Positions 29,701 to 38,524 are shown, counted from the first letter of the stretch. The stretch is 64,000 nt of DNA from Candidatus Eiseniibacteriota bacterium (GCA_963762255.1 CAVXKA010000003.1:192001-256000); one strand, 5' to 3'. Notes: a model not told the origin generated them from the letters alone. Numbers and translations: made by a program.

Positions 29701-31477
29701 ACCGATGGTCGCCGTCCTTGCTCGAACTTGCGATGAAAGGAAGCTTCTGCCTCGCCGAAGCCTCGCCCAGATGCGTGACCCCCTGCGTATACAGGAGGCT
29801 GAAGAACTCATCCTGGTAGTACCGCCCCGTCTCGGGAAAATCGAGCCGGGTGGATCCAATCGAGCCCGCCACACCCCCGCCGGGATTGCGCACGAAATGC
29901 TCGGCGATGCAGTCGAAGTCGAAGGCCGAGGAGGTGCAGTTGATGGCGTAGAGGATCCCCTGACGCACGGTGTTGTAGAAATAATCGGCGTCACCGTTCG
30001 TCAACGCCTCGCCGTTGAGCCCCACCGCCATCGTGTTCCTGTAGCCATGTCCCACATGCAGGATCAGGTTGTAGCCCTGATTGATTTGCGTGATCACCGC
30101 AGGTTTGGACTCCAGCACGGCTCCTGCGTACTCGGTGTAGTTCTCGTACATCCGGTAGGGGGTCACGGACCCGGTCATGGCGACGGCGGTAGTCTCGCAG
30201 ACAGCCGCTCCGTCGAAGATCACCGTATCTCCAAGGCTCCAGTTCTGCGGGAAGAGCATCTCGCCGAGAAGGAGCGCATGATCCCCGAAGCCCGGCCCTG
30301 TGGGGACGAGCGTGTCGTATCTGATCGCCTTGCTGACGAAGGCGTCCGCCTCAGCCCCGGTTCGCGTCGGGGCCCTGCCGATCCACACCTCGGGGTAGAG
30401 ATCGGCGCCGTCACCGGTGACGGATGAGTTCACGTACCCTTCACCGAAAAGATCGTTGCCGTTCCGGTTCCAGTTTCCATCCAGGCACTGGAAATAGAGG
30501 TCGGTAGGGATCATCTCGCCGCCGAAGTAGTAGGTCTTGCCATAGCGATGAGGAAGGACTTCGGTGTCCCCCCCCAGCAGCACGTACTCAATCCCCCATT
30601 TCTGCACCGCCTCGCGAATGAAGTTGCGCAGATCTTCTGCGTGATCGAGGCCCCGGGGATAGTTGGCGAAGATCCAGGACGTTGTGCGGACCACGGTCGG
30701 GATGCCGAGCGCGGTCCTCCAATCGGCCAACCTCTGAAACGAAGGAGCGAGATCGTCGCTCGTGATGACCAGATACCGGACCGGGGAACCATCCTCGGAT
30801 GGGACGAATCGCGGGGAGAACGGCCCTCCGCCGTTCACGAGCGGGGCGAGAATCGAGGCGGCGGAGCCGATCCGTTCCCCGGATCTCGAGGCGATCCTGG
30901 CGGCGGCGGAATCGAAGGCATCCACAGCGTCCCAACGGACTTCGCGGGCGCGGATCGGCGCATCGTGATCGGGTGCGAATTCGAGGGTAAGGCGAATCCG
31001 CTCCGCAGCGACCATGGAACCGTCGCCCGGCACCCATTGCACCGGCCGAATCTCGACGGTCTCGAGCCGGCGGCCACGCAGATAGCCACCCTCCGTCGCC
31101 ACCGCCCACTCCTGTTCAAGAGTGGACCCGGGGGCCGAAGGTGGCGGCACGCTCGCGCTCCACGCCGGCGAACCCTTGACCGTGAGGCGCCGTTCACCGA
31201 ACGCACTTGCACGCACCGCGACGAGCCTCATCCCCGACGGGGCCTGGAACGTCACGCGATCGACGGGGAGCATGGCTCCTGACCCGGCATCCTCCGTCCC
31301 GGCGCCCGGTAGGCTGACCCTCGGTGACGACGCATCTCCGACGACCTGCAATCCCGAGAGGTCATACGTTCGCTCGATGCTGGTCGAGGTACCCGACGCT
31401 GTGGGCGATGCGGGCAAGAACGGGAGCAGCGCGGCGACGAGCGCGCACAATAGAACCACCCTGGGGGAAGGGTGCAT
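26768..31477 (-). CDS. Giant C25 cysteine peptidase with FG-GAP propeller and FlgD/T9SS-like CTD (paralog 2)
   Basis: Same architecture as paralog 1: YLVIT, VLLGGD, IGRAP, HVGHG, AINCTS, MGDP; GDLDNDG repeats; WPMFHHD; PNPF...WDG...GVYF. Confidence 0.88.
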   Translation of the reverse strand: MHPSPRVVLLCALVAALLPFLPASPTASGTSTSIERTYDLSGLQVVGDASSPRVSLPGAGTEDAGSGAMLPVDRVTFQAPSGMRLVAVRASAFGERRLTVKGSPAWSASVPPPSAPGSTLEQEWAVATEGGYLRGRRLETVEIRPVQWVPGDGSMVAAERIRLTLEFAPDHDAPIRAREVRWDAVDAFDSAAARIASRSGERIGSAASILAPLVNGGGPFSPRFVPSEDGSPVRYLVITSDDLAPSFQRLADWRTALGIPTVVRTTSWIFANYPRGLDHAEDLRNFIREAVQKWGIEYVLLGGDTEVLPHRYGKTYYFGGEMIPTDLYFQCLDGNWNRNGNDLFGEGYVNSSVTGDGADLYPEVWIGRAPTRTGAEADAFVSKAIRYDTLVPTGPGFGDHALLLGEMLFPQNWSLGDTVIFDGAAVCETTAVAMTGSVTPYRMYENYTEYAGAVLESKPAVITQINQGYNLILHVGHGYRNTMAVGLNGEALTNGDADYFYNTVRQGILYAINCTSSAFDFDCIAEHFVRNPGGGVAGSIGSTRLDFPETGRYYQDEFFSLLYTQGVTHLGEASARQKLPFIASSSKDGDHRWTQFSLICMGDPTMDIYTGPVGTLAASVLEPLELGRQSYTVSVTSGGNPVPGATVCLNKTEDAYGYGVTGPDGLATVAFDPDLPGNLSLGVRAHNYRCRVDSLSIVAPSGPHLFAADVVVDDTAGGDGDSRLEAGESASLYLTLGNRGLADGGSVSVSVVTAPPGITVIDSGASCPLVPAGGTALCTDPLTVAAGASIPDVSALSMTISLSSGAYSRQEAMALYVGSPNLRLYAAAVRDTAGNGNGNGTLEANEDLHVRFYLRNLGLGRSLGLTAVLSSADPAVQISDPTSFYGDLEAGAGHGGDGFLLRFSDTSLTHALLLTVSDQRGTVLTRTVNIAPPAVPASLVASGSATSIDLRWAAVGGEVGGYNIYRSLSLAGPFTKVNELPTDRTSYFRDEGLPAMTRFYYRVAAVDSSGNQGTASGVAQATTSIPAAEGFPLDLDASTPCSPCLAYLSGDAKAELVTGAGEVYAVRHDGTELLDGDNNAQTYGVFGGTGFGPFWTPPAVADLENDGVQDIVAAGFQTALLYVWSSHGGAKPGWPRQINPGGLPSPAVWSAPTLADLDGDGDLEILINAAAYTFAFHHDGTEFLDGDHNPATLGVFLVMGTAANYGTPAVGDVDNDGMPEIVVGSRDGKLYVMNPDGTALPGFPYVSGGDITNSPAIGDLDNDGWKEIVFASSNLKVFAVNANLQQPPGWPLGANMNRDYDASPALADMDGDGYLDVALCAGNGTVYLWHGQSGQLFPGWGFVLYDAAGARIGLSSSPAVGNLDGDSQYEICFGGSDGNVYAYNVNATPVEGFPIATGNRVDGGPVLWDIDNDGFTEVVAHSLDQHLFVWTSPGAFDPDNQPWPMFHHDSRRTGLVGEPVWVVTAVPGAESPSPPIALAPGFPNPFSAGTTIRFRIPEGGQGDTDVDLTVFDALGRRVVTLARGRHAAGDYVVTWDGSDAAGRRVGAGVYFSRLRSGHTSVTRKLIALP

Positions 31478-31638
31478 CGTGGCGGTCTCCTTGAGGAGCT
31501 ATGGTAGGTCCAAAAACGACAAAAGCCGGCCTGGATGCAGGCCCAATGAACCTGCCCCAGAGACCGGCGCGACTGAACTCGGGACGACGGGCGCAGGAAC
31601 TGAGGCTGTGGAATCGCAGGCCCCGAGCAAGGTACGTC

Positions 31639-31667
31639 ATTTTATCAGACCCACGGGGTGCTGTCAA
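31639..31667 (-). promoter_or_regulatory. Near-consensus sigma70 promoter for the C25-C25-TPR cluster
   Basis: Minus strand TTGACA-N17-TAAAAT; implies a leader of about 155 nt; SD AAGGAG before ATG 31477. Confidence 0.75.
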
Positions 31668-31776
31668 AGCAACCCGGGCGCGCCTCCCACTTGTCCCTGC
31701 GCGCCAGGACCGCTCATACTGGACGTCAGCGTCGTCGATCGTCGTCCCGTGACCGCTCGGAGGACCGTCCGCAACC

Positions 31777-32664
31777 ATGACCTCGCACCAGCACGCCCAC
31801 CCACGTTCGGTCCGCCCCTGGACGCTTTCCCCGCTCGCCGCACTCGCTCTGCTTGTTGCCGCGTCCGGACCCGTGTCCGCCCGTTTCGCTCAGCCGGATT
31901 CGGCGTTTCTGCACTCTGAAGTGGCGGAGGTCAGGCGCTTGGTGCAGGAGGACTCTCTGACGGCATCGACTCCTCGCCGGGCCGTCGAGACGATTCGTCA
32001 GGTGCTCCGGGCCCGCGTCGGGGCCCTCCAACGACTCGCGGGCAGACTTCCCCTGACCGAATTCGACGGTATTGAGACTCAAGACCGCTACGACGAGCAG
32101 GTTGTCCTGGCCATCCACCGCGTGGCTCGTGTCGGAGTGGAGGCCGATTCAACACTCCCGCCGGAGGCGGACGCGATCCGTTTCAACACCGTACTGGGGA
32201 CCCTCCCGCAGATGGGGGACAGCCCGGTTGGGTTCATGGTGCTGATTACGGCCGAGGCGGCCCTGGCAGCCGCCGACAGCCTCGGACGGGCACGCGACTA
32301 CTCGCCTCGCAGCGCTGACAGGCTGGCACTGCGCATGATCCGTTACGTCACCGCCGACTTCGCCGCGGCCCGCGAGGACTTCATCCGCAAGGCCAAGGTC
32401 GACGGGTTCCGCCAGAGTTCTGTAATCATGCGGATGCGCTGCCCCAAGGACGGCGGCGCCTATCGAGTGGTCGAGATGAAGAACAAGCTTGGAGATTCGG
32501 GCGAGGTTTCAACGCAGTACTTCCTGAACTGCATGACCTGTTCCGAACCCGAAGTGCTGCATTTCAGGTTGGACGTGGCGAGCCGGCTTAACCAGGCCGC
32601 CGAGAGGCAACCTCTCAAGAAGACGCCTCAGGCCAAGAGCCCGAATCCGGGGCTGGAGCCCTGA
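31777..32664 (+). CDS. Hypothetical exported protein with C-terminal Cys cluster (CPKDG...CMTC)
   Basis: Signal-peptide-like N-terminus; helical body; possible zinc ribbon. Confidence 0.65.
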   Translation: MTSHQHAHPRSVRPWTLSPLAALALLVAASGPVSARFAQPDSAFLHSEVAEVRRLVQEDSLTASTPRRAVETIRQVLRARVGALQRLAGRLPLTEFDGIETQDRYDEQVVLAIHRVARVGVEADSTLPPEADAIRFNTVLGTLPQMGDSPVGFMVLITAEAALAAADSLGRARDYSPRSADRLALRMIRYVTADFAAAREDFIRKAKVDGFRQSSVIMRMRCPKDGGAYRVVEMKNKLGDSGEVSTQYFLNCMTCSEPEVLHFRLDVASRLNQAAERQPLKKTPQAKSPNPGLEP

Positions 32665-32841
32665 TCCGCGCGATGTACCTGGCGTGGAACTGCCGTGTTT
32701 GCAAGGCGTTCTACGAATTGTTAAGAAAGTGTTGATTCCCCAGATCGCCGCTTGGTAGGATTAGAGCGATCCAACTCGAGCCATGGCAGGGGTGGAGCAG
32801 CTTTCAGGACTCGCTCTAGACACAGTACAGGAGGTGCACCG

Positions 32842-33462
32842 ATGGGTCGCAGTTACCGACTCCTCATCGCCGCGCTGGTTGCCGGTGTTCTCGTCGCCGG
32901 TAGTTCCTTCGCCGGCATTCCGGATCCGACTCTCAGCGTGGTTGGCAACGTGCTCTATTCCCCGGGCGGTACGGTCGAATACATCGTCACCGTCAATGGC
33001 TCTGCGGGACCGATCGACAGCGCCACCGTTCAGCTCGTGTTTTCGACCGAAGCCGACGGACTGGTCTGTTGGTGCGTCGGGCAGGCTCATCCGCTGATCG
33101 AGGCTACGACCGACGCCAGCGGGGAAGCCCATTTCTTCATTGCGGCCGGTGGATGCATCGACCCGTCGCTGGTGGCTGCGCCTCCGGCGGTCGAGGTCTT
33201 TGCCAACGGCATCAAGCTGAAGGAAGTCGGCTGTGTCAGTCCGGACGCCGTGGACGACTCCGGCATCCTCCCGACCTCCGGCTGGAACCCTGGAACGTTT
33301 TGCACCGTGAGTCTTGCCGATGCCGGTCTGCACAGCCCGTCGATCAAGACCGGAACCTACACGTTCTGCTCGGATGTGAACTCGGACCTCGCGGTGGATC
33401 TGACGGACGCCGTGGTTCTCAGCGAGGGCATCAAGTCCGGATTCACCTGCACCAAGCAGTAG
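32842..33462 (+). CDS. Cys-rich exported protein with dockerin/EF-hand-like motifs
   Basis: SD AGGAGG before ATG 32842; signal peptide ending SFA-GIPD; SPDAVDDSG and SDVNSDLAVDLTD Ca-loop-like segments; own terminator. Confidence 0.7.
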   Translation: MGRSYRLLIAALVAGVLVAGSSFAGIPDPTLSVVGNVLYSPGGTVEYIVTVNGSAGPIDSATVQLVFSTEADGLVCWCVGQAHPLIEATTDASGEAHFFIAAGGCIDPSLVAAPPAVEVFANGIKLKEVGCVSPDAVDDSGILPTSGWNPGTFCTVSLADAGLHSPSIKTGTYTFCSDVNSDLAVDLTDAVVLSEGIKSGFTCTKQ

Positions 33463-33486
33463 CTGCGCCTTCGTCCTGGTGCTTTG

Positions 33487-33521
33487 AGCCCGACCCGCAT
33501 TCGCGGGTCGGGCTTTCTTTT
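33487..33521 (+). terminator. Intrinsic terminator
   Basis: AGCCCGACCCGC-ATTC-GCGGGTCGGGCT followed by TTCTTTT. Confidence 0.85.
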
Positions 33522-33551
33522 CGATCGGCCCGGACCCCTTCCGGACCGGCT

Positions 33552-34895
33552 TCAGCGAGTCCGATCGGGGGGAATGCCTCGCTCTCGCAGTCGATCCCCC
33601 AATTCGCGCTCGTAGCCCCGGTCGGTGGGACGATAGAAGGTACTCCCTTCCAGCGCTTCGGGAAGGCCCTGCTGACCGGTGAACGCGTCGGGCGCGTCGT
33701 GTTCGTATCGGTAGCCCTCGCCGTAGCCCAGGCTCTTCATGAGCTCGGTGGCCGCGTTGCGGAATACCATTGGGACAGGGAGGCTCCCGGTCTCGGCTAC
33801 CACTCGGGCGGCCTCGCGTTCGGCGAGATAGACGCGGTTGCTCTTGGGCGCCAGCGCGAGATAGATCACTGCCTGCACGAGGGCGGCCCCCCCCTCGGGG
33901 AGCCCGACGAAGTGCACAGCCTGCTGCGCGGCGACCGCTTGAACGAGCGCTTGCGGGTCGGCCAGCCCAATGTCTTCCACCGCCATGCGGACGATGCGTC
34001 GGGCCAGGTAGAGAGGATCCTCGCCGCCCTCGATCATGCGCACCGTCCAGTAGACGGCGGCCTGCGCGTCGCTGGCGCGCACACTCTTGTGCAGGGCCGA
34101 GATCAGATTGTAGTGCTCCTCTCCGGCCCGATCGTATCTCAGAGCCGCGGCCTGCAAGGCTTCGCGGACATGATCCAGGGTCAAGACAAGTGCACCTTCT
34201 CCGCGAGCCAACTCGACCGCAATCTCGAGCGCATTCAGAAGCCGGCGGGCATCCCCGTCTGCCCCGCGGACGAGCGCGTCACGGACGGGGCCCGGCACTT
34301 CGAGCCCCGAGCCGCCCACCCCCCGCTGCTCGTCGACCAGGCTGCGGTCAAGCACGGCGGATAGTGCGTCTTCGCCCAGGGGCTTCAGCACGACGACACG
34401 GCAGCGACTGAGGAGCGCCGAGTTCACTTCAAAAGACGGATTCTCCGTGGTGGCGCCGAGCAAGGTGATCAAGCCCGACTCGGCATGCGGAAGCAAGGCG
34501 TCCTGCTGTGCCCGGTTGAAGCGATGGATCTCATCGAGGAACAGGACGGTGCGCTGCCCTGAACGCCGGTACTGCCGCGCGGCCTCGACCACTTCCCGAA
34601 CGTCCTTGACTCCGGCCGAGACGGCGGAAAGGCCCACGAATCGGGCGTCCCGGCTCCGCGCGAGAAGCCGGGCGAGGGTGGTCTTCCCGGTCCCGGGAGG
34701 ACCCCAGAAGATCATGGAGGGAAACGCCGCGCCTGCGGCGATCCGGCCCAGCAGGTGGTCCGGGCCAGTGAGATGCTCCTGCCCGACAACGTCGCTCAGC
34801 ACCCGGGGGCGCATCCTCTCGGCCAGAGGCGCATCCTGGGTCGCTCCGTCGGAGGGGGGTGCCCCCGGCTCGTCGGGAAAGAGTCCAAAGCCCAT
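33552..34895 (-). CDS. rarA: Replication-associated recombination protein A (MgsA/RarA AAA+ ATPase)
   Basis: PLAERMRP, WGPPGTGKTT, LDEIHRFN, GATTENPSF, ISALHKSVR and EDIGLADP. Confidence 0.95.
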   Translation of the reverse strand: MGFGLFPDEPGAPPSDGATQDAPLAERMRPRVLSDVVGQEHLTGPDHLLGRIAAGAAFPSMIFWGPPGTGKTTLARLLARSRDARFVGLSAVSAGVKDVREVVEAARQYRRSGQRTVLFLDEIHRFNRAQQDALLPHAESGLITLLGATTENPSFEVNSALLSRCRVVVLKPLGEDALSAVLDRSLVDEQRGVGGSGLEVPGPVRDALVRGADGDARRLLNALEIAVELARGEGALVLTLDHVREALQAAALRYDRAGEEHYNLISALHKSVRASDAQAAVYWTVRMIEGGEDPLYLARRIVRMAVEDIGLADPQALVQAVAAQQAVHFVGLPEGGAALVQAVIYLALAPKSNRVYLAEREAARVVAETGSLPVPMVFRNAATELMKSLGYGEGYRYEHDAPDAFTGQQGLPEALEGSTFYRPTDRGYERELGDRLRERGIPPDRTR

Positions 34896-34904
34896 GGCTT
34901 CATT

Positions 34905-37748
34905 CTAGCCCGAAACCGGCTTGCCTCGCCCTCGATGAAGCAGGGGGGCAAGGTAGGGCGCCAGACGAGAACGCGCCGCGCGCACCACAGTCTCCGGAGG
35001 ACCCTGGGCAAGGATCTCCCCGCCCGCGCCGCCCCCATCCGGACCCAATTCGACCAGCCAATCGCACGCGGCGAGGACTTCGAGGTGATGCTCGACCACC
35101 AGGACCGCATTCCCCGAACTCGCCAGCGTGCGCAAGATGCCGATCAGTTTCTGCACCTCGGCGCCGTGGAGCCCCACCGTCGGCTCGTCGAGGATGAAGA
35201 GGCGTCCGCTCGCCTCCGTGGCCAGCTCCCGCGTCAGCTTCAGCCGTTGGGCCTCGCCTCCCGAAAGCGTGGACGCGGGTTGCCCCAGCGTCAGGTAGCC
35301 CAGCCCCACGCGTTGCATCCACCAAAGAGGCCGCACCACTGAGGGAGTAGCCGCGAAATGGACGATCGCCCGGTCGACGGTCAGGTTGAGCGTCTCGACG
35401 ATATCCATGCCGCGAAACCGGACCTCGCGTACTTCAGGGCCGAACCGCGATCCACCGCAGGCCTCGCATGGCAGACGTACATCGGGCATGAAGTCCATGT
35501 CGAGCCTGACCTCTCCCTCGCCTCGGCAGGCTTCGCACCGTCCGCCGGCGATGTTGAAGGAGAAGGCGCCGGCCCCCAACCCACGGCGTCTCGCTTCGGG
35601 GAGGGCGGCGAAGAGGGTGCGAACACCGTTCCACGCGCCGACGTAGCTCGCCGGGATCGAGCGCGCCGAGCGCGGCAGTGGATCCTGATCGACAACGCTG
35701 AAGCCCGTGATCGGCGCCTGCACCAAGAGGCGTCCAAGTCCCTCCGCGGAAGTCTCGTCGACTGTGGCCCCGTTGCTCCCGGGCTTGACGAGGGATCCCT
35801 TCGGGGGGCGTATCGACGAACCATGCACGCGGGCGCGAGATTCCAGGAGAGGCACGAGGGTGTCGGTGACGAGAGAGCTCTTCCCGGATCCGCTCACCCC
35901 GCATACGCCGGTCAGAGTGCCCCAGGGAAAGTCGGCGTCCACCCCCTTCAGGTTGTGCAGTCGAGCGTCGCGCAAGCGAAGCCATCCCCGTGGCTCGGCG
36001 AGGGGGGCGCGCTGCGCCGGGGCTTCGTCGCGCAGCACGTCGACCGTCGGCGACCAGGCCCCCTGCAACCGCGTCGATACCGGACCGCAATAGACGAGTC
36101 CTCCACCGTCCTTCCCACCACCCGGCCCCAAGTCGATCATCCAATCCGAGGCGAGCATGACTTCGCGGTCATGCTCCACCACCACGACCGTGTTCCCGTC
36201 TCGGATGAGGTCGCGCAGAACCTCCATCAGTCGACCGGTGTCCCGGGGGTGCAGCCCCACCGTCGGCTCGTCCAACACGTAGAGCGCATCGACGAGCCTG
36301 GCGCCCAGCGCGTGCGCCAGCTCGATGCGCTGCATCTCTCCCCCAGAGAGCGTTCGGCTCAACCGATCCAGGGTGAGATAGCCAAGCCCCACCCGTTCGA
36401 GCACGTCGAGTCGGTGGTCGATGTCCGCGATCAGCGAGCGGGCGGTCTCGCGCTCCCGATCGGTCAGGGAGAGCCCGTTGAGTCGTCCCCGGAGCTCCTG
36501 TACCGGGCGCGCGCACCATTGGGTAAGGGATTCCCCTTCGACGCGGACCCAGCGGCCTTCCGGGCGCAGGCGGCTCCCGGCGCACTCCGGACACACATTC
36601 GGGCTTTGGTAGCGCCGGACCAGAAATCGCGCCCCCGGCTTGTAGGACTTCGCGGCGAGCCGACCCAGGAACCGGAGAACGCCTGGAAACGTGCGGTCGC
36701 CGCTCAGCAGGAACTCCTGGTCTTCCGGATCGAGGTCGCGCCACGGCCGGCGCCGAGGAATCGCGCGTGCTCGCGGGGAACTCTCAAACTTGCGAAGGAA
36801 ATGCGTCCGCCACCGTCCGGCCCATGGGGCGATCGCTCCGTCGTCGATGGAACGCAGAGGATCGGGCACGATCTTCCGCGGGTCGAACTCAAGGGTGAAT
36901 CCGAAACCCTCGCATCGAAGGCACGCGCCGGCGGGGCTGTTGAACGAGAAATGGAGAGGCTCGGGCTCGGGGTAACCCGCTCCGCAGCCGGTGCAAACGC
37001 GGCCGAGCCGGTACTGCACGGGGTCACCTCCCTCGGGATGTACCTCAGCCACACCCGCGCCCTCTCGGAAGGCCGCATCGAGGGCTTCCGCCAGCCGCCC
37101 TCGTCGATCCGAGCGGACCCGATCCTGGAGAATGTTCCAGCTCGCCGACGCGGGAGCATCGGCGAGATCGACGAGTCCGCCTTCCCCGAGCACTCGGAGG
37201 TACCCCCGCGCCCGCAGCGAGCGGCGCGCCGCCTCGGCATCCCGAGCAGCGGGATGGGGAAAAGTGACGTTCAGGCGGCAGAGGGGTCCGGAGGCCCAAA
37301 CGTCAACGACGCGCTCCGCTGTCCAGCGGGGCACCTCCCGATCGCAGACAGGACAAACAACATGTCCGATCCGCGCGAAGAGAAGGCGGAGAAAGTCGTA
37401 GATGTCCGTGCTGGTGCCGACTGTCGATCGCGCGCTCCGGACAGCGGTGCGCTGTTGGAGGGCAACAGCGGGGGAAATCCCCTCCACAGCGTCGACTTCA
37501 GGACGGGGGAATCGCTCCAGGAAACGGCGGGCGTGGGCGGACACGCCGTCGAGGTATCGCCGCTGGCCCTCCGCGTACAGGGTGGCCATGGCCAAAGAGG
37601 ACTTCCCTGAGCCGCTCACCCCGGTGACCACCGTAAGCGCCATCCGAGGGATGTCCAGGTCGATGCCGCGCAGGTTGTGCTGCCGGGCCCCCAGAATGCG
37701 GATTCGATCCCTTCGCACCGAACCCGCCCCGGTTGGATCGCCTGTCAT
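34905..37748 (-). CDS. uvrA: Excinuclease ABC subunit A family protein (probably a UvrA2/class II paralog)
   Basis: GARQHNL, GVSGSGKSSL twice, AEGQRRY, LSGGE twice, LDEPTVGLH twice, zinc fingers. Confidence 0.88.
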   Translation of the reverse strand: MTGDPTGAGSVRRDRIRILGARQHNLRGIDLDIPRMALTVVTGVSGSGKSSLAMATLYAEGQRRYLDGVSAHARRFLERFPRPEVDAVEGISPAVALQQRTAVRSARSTVGTSTDIYDFLRLLFARIGHVVCPVCDREVPRWTAERVVDVWASGPLCRLNVTFPHPAARDAEAARRSLRARGYLRVLGEGGLVDLADAPASASWNILQDRVRSDRRGRLAEALDAAFREGAGVAEVHPEGGDPVQYRLGRVCTGCGAGYPEPEPLHFSFNSPAGACLRCEGFGFTLEFDPRKIVPDPLRSIDDGAIAPWAGRWRTHFLRKFESSPRARAIPRRRPWRDLDPEDQEFLLSGDRTFPGVLRFLGRLAAKSYKPGARFLVRRYQSPNVCPECAGSRLRPEGRWVRVEGESLTQWCARPVQELRGRLNGLSLTDRERETARSLIADIDHRLDVLERVGLGYLTLDRLSRTLSGGEMQRIELAHALGARLVDALYVLDEPTVGLHPRDTGRLMEVLRDLIRDGNTVVVVEHDREVMLASDWMIDLGPGGGKDGGGLVYCGPVSTRLQGAWSPTVDVLRDEAPAQRAPLAEPRGWLRLRDARLHNLKGVDADFPWGTLTGVCGVSGSGKSSLVTDTLVPLLESRARVHGSSIRPPKGSLVKPGSNGATVDETSAEGLGRLLVQAPITGFSVVDQDPLPRSARSIPASYVGAWNGVRTLFAALPEARRRGLGAGAFSFNIAGGRCEACRGEGEVRLDMDFMPDVRLPCEACGGSRFGPEVREVRFRGMDIVETLNLTVDRAIVHFAATPSVVRPLWWMQRVGLGYLTLGQPASTLSGGEAQRLKLTRELATEASGRLFILDEPTVGLHGAEVQKLIGILRTLASSGNAVLVVEHHLEVLAACDWLVELGPDGGGAGGEILAQGPPETVVRAARSRLAPYLAPLLHRGRGKPVSG

Positions 37749-37780
37749 CCTGCTATTCTATGCGAGAGCGCTCCGGCCAG

Positions 37781-37827
37781 AAATGCGAAGGGGCCGGCGC
37801 AGGACCGAGTCCCGTCACCGACCCCTC
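37781..37827 (-). terminator. Long hairpin/terminator after the histone-like gene
   Basis: Minus strand GAGGGGTCGGTGACGGGAC-TCG-GTCCTGCGCCGGCCCCTT then CGCATTT; a second hairpin CTCTTCCCC/GGGAAGAG lies at about 37838-37859. Confidence 0.55.
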
Positions 37828-37873
37828 TCGACCCGATTCTCTTCCCCGAGGGGAAGAGCGAGCCATCGCCGAA

Positions 37874-38062
37874 CTACATCTTCACCATGCGGTTCGACGG
37901 GGCCTTCTTCGTGGCCTTCTTGCGGGCCTTCTTCTTGCCGGCTTTCTTGGCCTTCTTCTTAGCTACCTTCTTGGCCTTCTTCTTGCCAGCCTTCTTGGCC
38001 TTCTTCTTCGCGACCTTTTTCTTCGCGGTCTTCTTCTTCGCGGTCTTCTTCTTCTTTGCCAT
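37874..38062 (-). CDS. Histone H1-like Lys/Ala-rich basic protein (62 aa)
   Basis: 33 of 62 residues are Lys and none is acidic; AKKK/KKAKKAG repeats; strong SD (GGAGGGGGG); 2 nt after the receiver-gene stop. Confidence 0.8.
   Translation of the reverse strand: MAKKKKTAKKKTAKKKVAKKKAKKAGKKKAKKVAKKKAKKAGKKKARKKATKKAPSNRMVKM
37906..38058. repeat. Degenerate coding tandem repeat (TTCTTGGCCTTCTTC-type units) encoding the AKKK repeats
   Basis: Repeated ttcttc/gcc units visible in the DNA. Confidence 0.7.
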
Positions 38063-38064
38063 CT

Positions 38065-38475
38065 TTACTCACCCCCCTCCTTTCGAGGATTTACCGACGT
38101 CCCGTTATTGGGATCGCCGATGAGCTCTGATACTGACCTGAGCATGTTGTCGAGGTCGAACGGCTTGCGGACATACTTATCGACTCCAAGTCGCTTAGCC
38201 TCGGCTCTTACATCACGGTTTCCAAACGCGGTCATCAGAATGACCTTGGAAGTCCTTCCGCTCTCGCGCGCGGTGTGGAGGAGCTCAAGTCCGCTGCCTT
38301 TCGGCAACCGGTAATCCAGAATCACCAGATCGAACGTGACTTCCTCGAGCCACTTCTCCTCCGCCTGCTCCGCGGTGTGCGTCACGACGGCGTTGTAGCC
38401 GGCTTCCTTCAGTGCAGTCGACAAGGTCCGGGCCAAGAGCCGTTCGTCCTCGACGATCAAGATCGTCTTAGCCAC
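38065..38475 (-). CDS. Single-domain response regulator (receiver only)
   Basis: ILIVEDE, DLVILDYRLP (phosphoacceptor Asp), MTA, KPF; no output domain. Confidence 0.92.
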   Translation of the reverse strand: MAKTILIVEDERLLARTLSTALKEAGYNAVVTHTAEQAEEKWLEEVTFDLVILDYRLPKGSGLELLHTARESGRTSKVILMTAFGNRDVRAEAKRLGVDKYVRKPFDLDNMLRSVSELIGDPNNGTSVNPRKEGGE

Positions 38476-38508
38476 GACTAAACCCCCAGTCCTCCGACTC
38501 CTTGTCTA

Positions 38509-38524
38509 AGCACCCCTCGTGCCA
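38509..38524 (-). promoter_or_regulatory. sigma54 (-24/-12) promoter for the receiver + histone-like genes
   Basis: Minus strand TGGCACGAGGGGTGCT (GG-N10-GC), 34 nt upstream of the start codon. Confidence 0.75.

Noticed and set aside
32678-32700. sigma54 promoter upstream of the dockerin-like gene (TGGCGTGGAACTGC)
   Set aside because: The GG-GC spacing is 9 rather than the required 10.
37906-38058. Possible CRISPR array or non-coding tandem repeat
   Set aside because: There are no unique spacers. The periodicity is explained by the AKKK-encoding reading frame.
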